Notes: generated from the letters alone by a model not told the origin. Numbered from the stretch's first letter, positions 21,286 through 31,206 are shown. The stretch is DNA of 64,000 nucleotides from Acidobacteriota bacterium (GCA_965222655.1 CBDCUP010000019.1:280825-344824); one strand, 5' to 3'. Translations and numbers: made by a program.

Positions 21286-21595
21286 GGTGTCTCCTTTGTC
21301 AGGTCGGCATATGCACGGGACGCCATCAGCGGGTGCACGGTTGGAGTGTATCCGGATACTTCATCCTACGAGGTGACGGAGAGGAGAGTCAATGGGTACC
21401 AGATTCTAGGACCCTGAAGCTGCGTTCGGAGATCCGGGGAAGGAGGCATGGGCGCGCTCTCCATCACACGAGTACACTACTCTGACATGAATTCACAAGC
21501 AAAAAAGCGTAGGAAAAGCTGAAGAACCAGCGGGCCTCTCTGGCTGCCTTCCGACGCTGCGGCAAGGTAGACATGGCTGCTAAGGTGGCTAGCAT

Positions 21596-21984
21596 CCTAG
21601 GGGCTTCCCGTGTTGCGTGCGCTTCCCTGGTGTACATGCTGTCGCCACTACCCCGGCGCAGCGACTGGGTGCCTGCTCCGCTCACTTCCCCAGCCCTATC
21701 AGCCTTCCCCGGTCTAGGAGCCGGGTCGGCCTGCGCATCGTCCTTTTCGAGGCTTGCTCAGCGTTCACTCGCGTTACGGCCTGCACACTCGCGCGGTCAC
21801 CAATTCGTGACTCGCTTCACCAGAGGCTTCAACCATTTCGTTACCTCCATAGTTGCTCCGGTTGCTTCCGGCTGGAGCGGTTGCCGGGTGGGACTCTCAC
21901 CCACTGGGAAAGCGCCGCCTTACCACGGCGCACCCTAGAAGCGGTCATTCAAGTTTCCCGCGGAAACGTCGAATGAACGACCGC
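21596..21984. repeat. about 390-bp inverted repeat, copy A (partner at 25109-25498)
   Basis: About 98% identical to the reverse complement of 25109-25498; the 119-aa ORFs inside it on opposite strands are mirror images. Confidence 0.85.
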
Positions 21985-22106
21985 AAAACGGCCATAACCG
22001 GTCACCCGTACTCAGCAGCCTAGCACATCGTGTGGTCGTTCTTTGAGGTCTCGGGAATGACTTGAATGCTCGACGATCTTGCCGTTCTACCTGTTGTAGG
22101 TGAAGT

Positions 22107-24822
22107 TCACTCCGTCGGGACCAGCTGCTTGAGCTCTTCGAACCAGTTGAGGACGATAGTCAACTGCGAGCGTGCGGAGGCTTGCTCTTCGACGTCCTTC
22201 AGCATCAGGAAGCGCTGTCCGTCGCGGTCAATGTCGTAGTTTCGACCCGCGGCCACGCTGTAGCTTCCGGTGAACAACACTTCAGGACTTCCCGCCTTGA
22301 AAGTGGGCTCGGTTTCGACACGCACCACCATCATGCGATCACCGCTACGATAAAACAGCTCTCGCCCGTCCGGTGCCCACACTGTCGAGACTCCCCAATC
22401 ACCTGAGATCTGCCACTTTCCTTCCTCCACGTTGGGGAAGGGGCGAACATAGATTTCATCGCGCCCGGTCTCATAGGAGCGATAGGCAATGAACCGGCCA
22501 TCGGGGGAGATCTCTGCACGGCTTGTGGGTCCCACGTTCTGCAAACCAGTTGAGTCCTGGTAGCGACCTTGGATAAGCATCTTCGCGATGGGCTCAGCCC
22601 CCAGCGACGCCACGCCAATGCCAGCCATCCCGGCGACTCCCCCCCATTCTGAGAAAACCAGCGTCTTGCCATCAGGGGTGAAGGAATAGGGGTCTTGGTG
22701 GTTTGGACGCGTAGTGAGTTGCTCAACCTGACCTGTACCGTCCGCCCTCTTCCAGAATAGGTCACTCCCCTCTGCACCCTGGCGGCTGGACGCGAACAAC
22801 AGTCGTTGACCATCCGGGGTCCAGACCGGGCAATCGTCACGAGCCGGATCGAAGGTGAACCGACTGAGTGTCTCGCGGACCAGATCATAGATCCAGATCT
22901 CGCCGTCAAGATCTCTCTGACCGATAACCACGGCCATGCGCTTTCCGTCTGGGGAGATCCGGGGGAAACGGTAAAAGTGCGGCTCTGCAGCCAAGGGTTC
23001 CTCCCGCCCCTCCCGATCCACCCAGACCAGGCGCCGCCTGGAAGAAGCTGGACCTCCACCGGGCAGATAAACAAGAGTTCCGGTCCGTGAGAAATCGAAC
23101 TGGGCCTGAGACAATTCTGGCCGTGACCTAACGCCTTCGAGGATCGGAACCGGCGAGTCTGTCAGCTCCAGCCGATCGAGATCAAAAGGTGCAGCAAAGA
23201 GGGTGGCCTCTCGCATGAACACCAGGTGTCCCGTGGGGAGATAGCGGCCAAGGTAACCGCCTTGCTGAAGGACTCTTCTTTCGCCCGTCTCCAGAGACTG
23301 GGCTACAATGTTCCAGGATTGGACGTTCCCCCTGTCACCGGCACTGAAAAGCACCCATTCGCCGCCCGGCAAAACATGAGGGTATCGATGGGAATCCTCG
23401 CCGTTTTCTAGGTCTGGGACTGTAACCTCATCGGGCATTCCGCCGGTGGCGGGAACGTGTGACAGGCCCCTCAGGCCCGTCAAAGCAAAGACGATGGTGT
23501 CATCAGCAGCCCAGCTCGCCCCTTCCATGTTCGGGGATGGCACACCACACAAAGTCAGCGGCGCCCCACCAGAGAAGGCGACCTTTTTGAGCTTCTGATT
23601 GGCGGCGAATCCCACCCACTGGCCATCGGGAGAGAAGAAAGGACTGTGTGCCCCTTCCGTTCCAGCCAGAAGCCTGCCTTCTAATTCATCGAGGGCTCGC
23701 ACATAGAGGTTGATCCCTTGGGATTCTGTGACCGCGTAGGCCAGGCGCTTGCCGTCAGGAGAAATGGCCATGGCGGGGCCAGGATCTGTGTGCAGCGATT
23801 GGTCGGGGGACAAACCGAGACGAAATCGCATCGGCGTTGGTTCTACCGGATCGGTTGCCTGCCACTGCCAGAGCAGCGAAAGCAAAAATGCGACCGCCAA
23901 CAGTCCGGCAATTCCCCAGGGAAGAATCCGGGACACCGATCTTTCCACGTCGGATGCTGTTTCGAAGGAATCCTCGCTGCCAGACGCCAGCTCAGCCAGA
24001 TCAGTCCCCACCTCATGGACGGACTGGTAGCGTCGGTCCGGCTCTTTGGCCAGCATCTTTCTGACCGTGTGCTGAAGCAGTCCCGGTGCCTTGTCCAGAT
24101 ACTTGGTCACAGGGGCAGCGGCTTCATTGAGAACGGCATTGGCCGTCTCCACCGAGGAATCCTTCTGGAAGGGATGAAACCCAGTCAGCATCTCGTAGAG
24201 CACTACGCCGAAGGAGAAGATGTCAGAGCGAGCATCGATCTCTTGTCCTCGCAATTGCTCCGGGGACATATAAGGTACGGTCCCAAGCGTGTCACCCGTT
24301 TGGGTCAGGTTGGCGGTGAGGGTCTTTTCCTGACTGTCTCCTCCGTCCGCAGGAGTCAGCCGTTTGGCCAACCCAAAATCCAGGACCTTGATGTGCCCCT
24401 CGGGGGTGATCATGATGTTCGAGGGCTTGAGATCCCGATGGATGATGTTCTGCCGGTGGGCGGCTTCTAGGGCCTCGGCAATCTCGGTGGCCTTTTCGAG
24501 CGCGTCCGGTAGAGCAAGCGCGCCTTCTTCCAGCAGGTCCTTGAGCGTCTCGCCTTGGACATATTCCCGAGATGAAGGAGTTGCCTTCCGCTTCCCCCAC
24601 CTCATGAATGTGGCAAATATAGGCGTGGTCCAGCGCGGCCGCCGATTTGGCTTCCCGCAAAAACCGCTTCCTGGCGGTTTCGTCTCCCTGCATCTCCTCG
24701 GTCAGGAATTTCAAAGCGACTTTGCGATCTAGTCTCGTGTCTTCCGCCAGATACACCTCGCCCATCCCGCCTTCGCCGAGCTTAGAGGTGATCTTGTAAT
24801 GGGAGATGGTCTGGCCTAACAA
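22107..24822 (-). CDS. Hanks-type Ser/Thr protein kinase fused to TolB-like (PD40/WD40) beta-propeller, frameshifted at a G-run near 24567
   Basis: ORF 24292-24822 has kinase subdomains I-IV ([14 protein letters not shown]); ORF 22107-24605 continues with subdomain V onward ([22 protein letters not shown]), a TM segment and PD40 repeats; removing one g from the tcgggaat run near 24567 restores a single reading frame (...[13 protein letters not shown]...). Confidence 0.75.
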
Positions 24823-25108
24823 CGAGCCTCCAAGCTGTAGGGGAGCCTATCTAGCGAATACTAGATCTTTGAGTCTGGAAGGGCAATCTCAGAGGACGGT
24901 GGATATAAGAAATAGGAAGGATAGGCGGAACTCAATCCGCCTTTTCCGCTGACACTCGGAACGTTGTTTGCTGCGACGCTGGTCGTGTGCTTGAAACTGC
25001 CATCCTTGTCCTTGTTTCTCGCAAAGGCAACCCATTCTCTTCAGCCACAAGCTTTTCGTGGTCGCATGACCGCTTGGTCTGTGCGGAATGACCGCTTTTG
25101 GGCCGGTT

Positions 25109-25498
25109 AGCGGTCGTTCAATCGACGTTTCCGCGGGAAACTTGAATGACCGCTTTTAGGGTGCGCCGTGGTAAGGCGGCGCTTTCCCAGTGGGTGAGAG
25201 TCCCACCCGGCAACCGCTCCAGCCGGAAGCAACCGGAGCAACTATGGAGGTAACGAAATGGTTGAAGCCTCTGGTGAAGCGAGTCACGAATTGGTGACCG
25301 CGCGAGTGTGCAGGCCGTAACGCGAGTGAACGCTGAGCAAGCCTCGAAAAGGACGATGCGCAGGCCGACCCGGCTCCTAGACCGGGGAAGGCTGATAGGG
25401 CTGGGGAAGTGAGCGAAGCCGGCACCCAGTCGCTGCGCCGGGGTAGTGGCGACAGCATGTACACCAGGGAAGCGCACGCAACACGGGAAGCCCCTAGG
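25109..25498. repeat. about 390-bp inverted repeat, copy B
   Basis: See 21596-21984; a partial related motif (gttcgacgtttccgggaaaatttgaatgaccgctt) recurs at about 27640-27710. Confidence 0.85.
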
Positions 25499-25796
25499 CG
25501 TGGTCAGGGATGGCCAACCGGAAGCCCGTGAGGGACAGGCCGGGCACCAGTGGGGACGCCGAGCGGGGCCTGCCCGTAGACGGGAGAACTTTCAGCCCAA
25601 CTATAAGGGTTGTCACAGAGAAGCTACTACGTCACCATGCGCACTGGCTACCTCGAAGCAGAAGCGGAGATCATCCGAATGAATGTCGCCTCCCTGGGGC
25701 GTTGCCCCTACGGTGAAGTCTGGCTTTCAGCCAGAAAACTCGAACTTCTGGCGGGAGGAAAGCGTCCCGTTCGAGGTGGAGTAGAGGAAGACGGGT

Positions 25797-27440
25797 ATGA
25801 CGATTCGACCTTTCCCGGAACTTTTCGTTGTTGGAGGTGTGCTGCTTGCCCTCACAGCTGATGCTTGGCCAGGGGCTCCCTCTTCCATCGAAATCGGATC
25901 CAGGAAGCAGCTTTTCATCGACGACGCCATTCTAGATCGCACCCACCTCATCACCCGGGTTCTCAACCGTCCGCGTAAACATGCCGGAGGGCCTGTCCTC
26001 AAGCCAGAGCGGAAGTGGGAGGGGAACTTCGTTGCCGCCAGCAATGTGATCTACGACGCCCAGGAGCGCCTCTTCAAGATGTGGTACGTGCCCAACCTGA
26101 TCACGACCCAGCCGCTGCCCCGGCCCATCGAAGAGTACGAGAACCTGCTCCGGGCTGCCAAATACCTCGAGGAGCTGGACCTTTCATGTTACGCGATCTC
26201 CCGGGACGGTATTCACTGGGAGAGACCGGAGCTGGGTATGGTCGAGTTTGAAGGATCGAAGAAGAACAACATCTTCTCCGGCGAGTCGGTCCGCTCCAAG
26301 GGGGCTCTCTACGGGGCGGGGCGAGCGCCCAACGGCTTCAAGGACCTACAGGAAAAGAATCCTGCCCGTCGCTACAAGGGACTGGGCTACGCCCGGAGCG
26401 CCAATGGCGAGACGGGTATCTGTCTCTACTTCTCAGCAGACGGCATCCACTGGAAGGAGTACGAAGGCAACCCGGTCATGGTGGGCACCGGAGACACCCA
26501 CACGGTTCTGGGCTGGGATCCGGCCAGGGGCAAATACGTGGCCTACCTGCGTCCAGGATGGAAGGACTACCGGGAGGCGGTGGATGCCTTCGAGAGCCTT
26601 CCCGCCCAGGTTCGGGCCGCCAGCATCCCCCGCTACTCGGTGGACCTGCTGGCCCCCCCTGCAGGTGATCGCCGCAAGCGCACCATCGGCTTCTCGGAGA
26701 GCGCCGATTTCATCCGCTGGAGCCCCATCGAGCCCGCTTTGATTCCCGACGACGAGGATCCAGTAGATCTCCAGTTCTATGGAATGCCGGTCATGCTCTA
26801 TGAGGATCTCTACCTGGGTTTTCCCTGGGGTTTTCGGACCAATGCCCTCACCATAGATACGCAGTTCGCCTACAGCAGGGACGGCAAGCGGTTCCTTCGG
26901 CTCCGGGATCGGGCCTCCTTCATCCCCCTGGGAGCCAACGGGACCTGGGACGACGGCTGTATCTATGGACGCCAGCCCTTCGTGTACGAGGATCGAATCC
27001 TGTTCTATTACGTCGGGGTCAATTGGACACACGGCGCCGAGGGTCTCCTGGCCGAAGGGGACAGGTCCCAGGCCGCCATCGGTCTGGCAACACTTCCGCT
27101 GGACGGGTTTGTTTCCCTCGATGCGGGTCCGGCCATGGGGACGGCCACCACCCGGCCGCTGAGCTTTGAGGGGAGTCGTCTGGTCGTCAACTTCGAGGAT
27201 GCCGAGAGGGGCTCGGCCGGGATGCATCAGGGGTCTTCGCTGCAGGTGGAGGTGCTGGATCCGCTGGGTGATCCCATTGAGGGGTTCGAGCTAGGGCAGG
27301 CTGAGGCGCTGACCCGGAGCTCTATGAAGCATGCCGTGTCCTGGAAGGGGGGATCCGACCTGAGTCGGCTGACAGGGCAGCCCGTGCGACTGCGATTTCA
27401 CCTGCGAAACGGAAAGCTCTATTCGTTTCGATTTCGGTAG
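25797..27440 (+). CDS. secreted beta-propeller glycoside-hydrolase-like protein (GH43/GH130-like; tentative), intact paralog
   Basis: Signal peptide; KWEGNFVAASNVIYD...FKMWY; YAISRDGIHWERPELGMVEFEGSKKNN; C-terminal jelly-roll-like tail LRFHLRNGKLYSFRFR. Confidence 0.55.
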   Translation: MTIRPFPELFVVGGVLLALTADAWPGAPSSIEIGSRKQLFIDDAILDRTHLITRVLNRPRKHAGGPVLKPERKWEGNFVAASNVIYDAQERLFKMWYVPNLITTQPLPRPIEEYENLLRAAKYLEELDLSCYAISRDGIHWERPELGMVEFEGSKKNNIFSGESVRSKGALYGAGRAPNGFKDLQEKNPARRYKGLGYARSANGETGICLYFSADGIHWKEYEGNPVMVGTGDTHTVLGWDPARGKYVAYLRPGWKDYREAVDAFESLPAQVRAASIPRYSVDLLAPPAGDRRKRTIGFSESADFIRWSPIEPALIPDDEDPVDLQFYGMPVMLYEDLYLGFPWGFRTNALTIDTQFAYSRDGKRFLRLRDRASFIPLGANGTWDDGCIYGRQPFVYEDRILFYYVGVNWTHGAEGLLAEGDRSQAAIGLATLPLDGFVSLDAGPAMGTATTRPLSFEGSRLVVNFEDAERGSAGMHQGSSLQVEVLDPLGDPIEGFELGQAEALTRSSMKHAVSWKGGSDLSRLTGQPVRLRFHLRNGKLYSFRFR

Positions 27441-28107
27441 CATGAGCCGAGTTTCAGTTGAAGGGCTGACAGGAGGAGGGGGAATGAGGGTAGGTCTGTT
27501 GCCGGTCGCGGTAGTTGACCTGATGTCCTTACTGCTTGCTCCGGTTACCAGGCCGCAGCAGATCGAATCAGGAGGCGCGATGGACATCGGCTCGCGTCTC
27601 GAGCTCTTCCGCTTCGAAGGCCCAGTTTACAGTCTGCAATTGGCCGTTTTGGGTAGTTCGTTCGACGTTTCCGGGAAAATTTGAATGACCGCTTATAGGT
27701 GCGGATTCAATCGGTCGATTTCGATCAGATCGGACGCTGTCTGTAAGATCGGGTGCCGACTATCACAAATGACCAATCAGACGATCCCAAGACCCAGCAG
27801 GGCGGAGCTTGAGATCTGTGCCTCCATGATGGTGATGTTCGCCGCCCTGAGAGTCTTAGAGCGGTACTACATAACCCTCAGGCTCGCGTGTGACATGTGC
27901 GTCGCGGGAAGTGGCTTGTCCACTCGGACATATATCGCCCTTATCGGAGAGGTGCCTGGAGCTAGAAAGCATTTCCAGAGCGGAGAGAGCCTCTTATTTC
28001 TGCAGATCCAGCAGGATGCGCCCAATCTGATTCATACGATGCGCGGCAAAATTACTAGATGATCCCTCGCGGGGTTCAGGCCCTGTTCGATAAACTCCGG
28101 CAACAAG

Positions 28108-28230
28108 CTTTAAGTAGGCACTTCGTGCCGACGGCCAAGGCCGTAAAAGGCTGTTTCGGGACACCCCGGCTGTGACGAAAGGGCGGTCTCAGAGAACAGC
28201 TCACTTGATTGAAATTCCGAGACTGTTAAG
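28108..28230. repeat. about 125-bp inverted repeat, copy 1 (partner at 41925-42052)
   Basis: taggcacttcgtgccgacggccaaggccgtaaaaggctgtttcgggacaccccggctgtgacgaaagggcggtctcagagaacagctcacttgattgaaattccgagac is reverse-complementary to 41925-42052. Confidence 0.85.
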
Positions 28231-28560
28231 TGCTCCGCGGGTTTCGGTGGAGGCTTTGGCTTTGTTGTTGTGTTTCTTGAGGGCGGGTGCCTCTGCTTGT
28301 CGCTGATCTCTTAGAGAGGTTCATGTTGAGCTCAACATAAAGAACGTTTTCTGGTGATTGTGATCGCTGCACCTCACTGCTGTCCGGTTTATTTTTCGAG
28401 GTCTGGCTGAAAGCCTTATGTGATGGGGCTTTGGGGAGATGGTGGAAAGAAGGGGGTTGTTTTTGGCCCGGAAGCTCCTGGGCCCGATTTGGGAAGGGGA
28501 CCTACCTTGGTTAAACTCTTTGGTTGTCATCAAAAAGCCAAAGAAGACCAAGGAGATCCC

Positions 28561-29748
28561 ATGGCCAAGTATACGTCAGTCCTGCATCAGTTGCTCCGTC
28601 ATATCCCCCGGGATGAGTTTCGCGCCATCGTGGAGCGCCGCCAAGGTGACAAGGGAGTCCGGAAGTTGTCGTGCTGGGGGCAGTTCGTGGCCCTTTTTTT
28701 CGGGCAGTTAACCGGACAGCATAGTTTGAGGGATCTGGTAACCGCTTTAGATGCAGGGCGAAAGAAGCTGCAGCAAGTGGGGCTGGGGGCGGTGAGCCGC
28801 TCCACGCTGGCGGATGCGAACCGCAAACGACCCCAGGAGATCTTCGGGGAGCTGTTTTCTTGCCTGTACAGCCGCTGTCGGAGTCAGGCTCCCGGTCAGC
28901 GTTTCGGCTTCCGGCATCGGGTGTACAGTCTGGATGCGACGGTGATCGATCTGTGCCTGAAAGTCTTTGACTGGGCGAAGTTTCGCAAGCGAAAAGGGGC
29001 GATCAAGTTACATCTGATCTTGGATCACGGGGGGCACATCCCCAGCTTTTGCGTGATGACCCCGGGCCGGGAGCACGAGATCGAGGTGGCGCGCGGCCAG
29101 CGCTACGAACCGGACAGCATCCTGACCTTTGACCGGGCCTACGTGGACTACCACTGGTTTGACCAACTCCACCGCCAGGGGGTGTACTTCGTGACCCGGC
29201 AGAAGCGCAACGCGCGTTACCGGGTGCTGGAGCGGCGGCCGGTGGGCTCCCCGCCGGGGATCACCTCGGATCAAGTCATTCGTCTGACCGGGAAGGCGGC
29301 CGGATGCCTGTCGACTCCCCTGCGCCGCATCGGCTACCGGGACCCGGAGACGAGGCAGTTCTATGTCTTCTTGACCAATCTGTTTCATCTCAGGGCGGCT
29401 GAGGTGGCCGCCATCTATAAGGCTCGCTGGCAAATCGAGCTGTTCTTCAAATGGGTCAAGCAGCACCTGAAGATCAAGAGCTTTCTGGGGACCACGGCCA
29501 ATGCGGTGATGACGCAGGTCTGGGTGGCGCTGTGTGTCTACCTGCTGGTGGCCTACGTGAAGTTTCTGCTGCGGCCCCCCGGGCGCCTGTACGAGATTTT
29601 CAAGCGGCTGCAGGTCACGGCCCTAGAGTACCTGGCTCTGGGGCAGGTCTTGACCTGGGAGACGAAAAACGGGCCCAAACGGGCACCAAAGTGGAGACAG
29701 CGCAACTTGTTCGGAAGACGGCTAAGGCCTTTGTTTGTAGGAGGATAG
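28561..29748 (+). mobile_element. IS4-family DDE transposase (apparently intact)
   Basis: DDE_Tnp_1-type C-terminus with YKARWQIELFFKWVKQHLKIK; ORF track start 28420, but Met at 28561 is the likelier start. Confidence 0.75.
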
Positions 29749-29886
29749 GAGTCGAGTGACTATAACCTTACAGTTAAGAGAGCTTTAAGTCTTTTAGAAT
29801 CAACGACATCAAACCGGACACTAGTGGGCCACGACCCAAACAATGGAGTGCCTTTCCCTCGATTTGATCGAGCATTCAAGAAAGGG

Positions 29887-29962
29887 TGGTCCCGGTGGGG
29901 TTCGAACCCACAGACTCCCGATTTTGAGACGGGCGCATGTGCCAATTCTGCTACGGGGCTTC
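29887..29962 (-). tRNA. tRNA-like gene, unresolved (good T-arm; acceptor strands not complementary)
   Basis: T-arm gtggg-ttcgaac-cccac and 3' cgggacc-a present; 5' strand reads gccccgt; anticodon loop ambiguous (ucUCAaaa). Confidence 0.35.
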
Positions 29963-30038
29963 TGGCCGGCTCGGGAGGAATTGAACCTCCAACGCGCAGG
30001 GCTTCAACCTGCCGCTCTACCCTTGGGGCTACGAGCCG
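29963..30038 (-). tRNA. tRNA-Phe(GAA)
   Basis: Hand-folded: acceptor cggctcg/cgagccg, anticodon arm gcagg-ttGAAgc-cctgc, T-arm ggagg-ttcaatt-cctcc, CCA encoded. Confidence 0.8.
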
Positions 30039-30055
30039 GAAAAATCTACGACAAT

Positions 30056-30132
30056 TGGTCTGGGCGGGAGGATTCGAACCTCCGAACACCCGGCTCCAAA
30101 CCGGGGAGTGAACCAGACCCACCTCCGCCCAG
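30056..30132 (-). tRNA. tRNA-Pro(TGG)
   Basis: Acceptor ctgggcg/cgcccag, anticodon arm cccgg-ttTGGag-ccggg, T-arm ggagg-ttcgaat-cctcc, CCA encoded; D-arm imperfect. Confidence 0.65.
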
Positions 30133-30212
30133 ACAAATCCAAGAGCCTCTGCCTGGACCCGGTTGGGAGCGGCAGACTCCCTCCTTGGAGAGGCGGAGAC
30201 TCAATCGTCCTC

Positions 30213-30291
30213 TGGTACCCCGGACGGGAATTGAACCCGTAGTTCACCAGGGTGAAAACCTGGCGACCATCCCAATGAAGTCGACCGGGGC
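30213..30291 (-). tRNA. tRNA-Glu(TTC)
   Basis: Acceptor gccccgg/ccggggt (G-U at 1-72), anticodon arm ccagg-ttTTCac-cctgg, T-arm acggg-ttcaatt-cccgt, CCA encoded. Confidence 0.6.
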
Positions 30292-30294
30292 TCT

Positions 30295-30371
30295 TGGCGG
30301 TACCGGCGGGGATCGAACCCGCATTCTCTACCTCGACAGGGTAGCTGCCTTCCCACTTCGCACACGATACC
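30295..30371 (-). tRNA. tRNA-Asp(GTC)
   Basis: Acceptor ggtatcg/cggtacc, anticodon arm ctacc-ctGTCga-ggtag, T-arm gcggg-ttcgatc-cccgc, CCA encoded; D-arm irregular. Confidence 0.6.
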
Positions 30372-30577
30372 GAATCCGCACTGCTGCAATCTCATGTTTG
30401 ACAGCTAGTGGACCGTAACACCTGAATTGCTAGCGCCTGAGCGTCCCTCGAGCCCGATCTCTGCGTTGCGCTTCCTCGCTATAGTCACGGCTATGCCTGC
30501 GTCAGCACGCCTTGACCTCGGGCCCGAATGGCTCACTCATCCACTACCGATTCAAGTGTTACAGTCCACTAGATAAC

Positions 30578-30650
30578 TGGTCCTGGACCGGGAATCGAAC
30601 CCGGGTCACTCGCTGATCAGGCGAGGGTCTTGCCACTAGACGACTCCAGG
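30578..30650 (-). tRNA. tRNA-Ile(GAT), acceptor with one mispair
   Basis: D-arm gtct-agtggca-agac, anticodon arm ctcgc-ctGATca-gcgag, T-arm ccggg-ttcgatt-cccgg. Confidence 0.55.
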
Positions 30651-30690
30651 TTTCTTCTCGTCCTCATCCTCATCCTCATCCCTCAGAATC

Positions 30691-30767
30691 TGGCGCGCCC
30701 CCAAGGATTCGAACCCTGATCCACGGGGTTGGAACCCGTGATGTTTGCCATTACACCAGGGACGCGC
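30691..30767 (-). tRNA. tRNA-Trp(CCA)
   Basis: Acceptor gcgcgtc/ggggcgc (1 mismatch), anticodon arm acggg-ttCCAac-cccgt, T-arm caggg-ttcgaat-ccttg, CCA encoded. Confidence 0.65.
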
Positions 30768-30775
30768 ACTTTCTC

Positions 30776-30850
30776 TGGTTGGGTCGGAGGGACTCGAACC
30801 CCCATCGACCTGGTTCGAAGCCAGGAGCCTTTCCGTTGAGCCACGGGCGC
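30776..30850 (-). tRNA. tRNA-Arg(TCG)-like, aberrant or chimeric (acceptor strands do not pair)
   Basis: 5' half gcgcccg...cctgg-cuUCGaa-ccagg is Arg-like; 3' part ggggg-ttcgagt-ccctc cgaccca-a-cca cannot pair with gcgcccg. Confidence 0.4.
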
Positions 30851-30852
30851 TC

Positions 30853-30927
30853 TGGAAGCGGCCCAGGGAGTCGAACCCTGATCTCCTGATTCAAAATCAG
30901 GCGTCATAGCCGTTTAACCAGGCCGCT
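30853..30927 (-). tRNA. tRNA-Gln(TTG)
   Basis: Acceptor agcggcc/ggccgct, anticodon arm cctga-ttTTGaa-tcagg, T-arm caggg-ttcgact-ccctg, CCA encoded. Confidence 0.75.
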
Positions 30928-30939
30928 TCAAAGAAAAAC

Positions 30940-31018
30940 TGGTACCCCTGGTAGGACTCGAACCTACACTGGATAGGGTCTGAACCTATCGCCTCTGCCA
31001 GATTGGGCTACAGGGGCA
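30940..31018 (-). tRNA. tRNA with anticodon CAG (Leu-like anticodon on a short-variable-arm type I scaffold)
   Basis: Acceptor gcccctg/caggggt, anticodon arm atagg-ttCAGac-cctat, T-arm gtagg-ttcgagt-cctac, CCA encoded; lacks the long variable arm expected for Leu. Confidence 0.45.
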
Positions 31019-31053
31019 CAAAAATCGTTGGCTGGGGCTCAGGGACTCAGCAA

Positions 31054-31127
31054 TGGAGTCCCAGGCCGGATTCGAACCGGCGTTCGACGGGTTGCAGCCG
31101 CCTGCCTGGCCACTCAGTCACCGGGAC
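31054..31127 (-). tRNA. tRNA-Cys(GCA)
   Basis: Acceptor gtcccgg/ctgggac, anticodon arm ggcgg-ctGCAac-ccgtc, T-arm gccgg-ttcgaat-ccggc, CCA encoded. Confidence 0.6.
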
Positions 31128-31130
31128 TCT

Positions 31131-31206
31131 TGGGGGGTCCGCGGGGAATCGAACCCCGCCGGTGCGGGCCACAACCGCACCCTCGCCCTGCGAACGGACT
31201 CCATAG
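31131..31206 (-). tRNA. tRNA-His(GTG)-like with truncated or absent D-arm (possible pseudogene)
   Basis: Anticodon arm (gg)tgcgg-ttGTGgc-ccgca(cc), T-arm cgggg-ttcgatt-ccccg, cggaccc-c-cca; only about 20 nt are available 5' of the anticodon stem. Confidence 0.35.

Noticed and set aside
21617-21976. 119-aa ORFs inside both copies of the 390-bp inverted repeat (also 25118-25477, 21573-21938, 25156-25464)
   Set aside because: They are mirror images caused by the repeat itself. They have Arg/Pro/Ala-rich low-complexity composition and no start context. They are most likely non-coding.
21596-21984. Identity of the 390-bp inverted repeat as RNase P RNA, tmRNA, rRNA fragment or group II intron domain
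   Set aside because: Only loose resemblances appear (e.g. ggtgcgccgtggtaagg versus the RNase P GGTGCGGTAAGAG). No P4/CR-I box, no tRNA-like end or tag ORF, and no domain V consensus is present. It is left unassigned.
29887-29962. Possibility that the first array member, or the 80-nt spacer at 30133-30212, is tRNA-Sec (UCA) supporting the Sec-Prx
   Set aside because: The first member is only about 75 nt with a normal 5-bp T-stem and no long variable arm. The spacer has no T-loop. Neither fits the bacterial tRNA-Sec 8/5 architecture.
29843-30418. 191-aa ORF and neighbouring ORFs (30029-30247, 31003-31304) overlapping the tRNA array
   Set aside because: They run through consecutive tRNA genes. 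They are artefacts of stop-poor GC-rich sequence.
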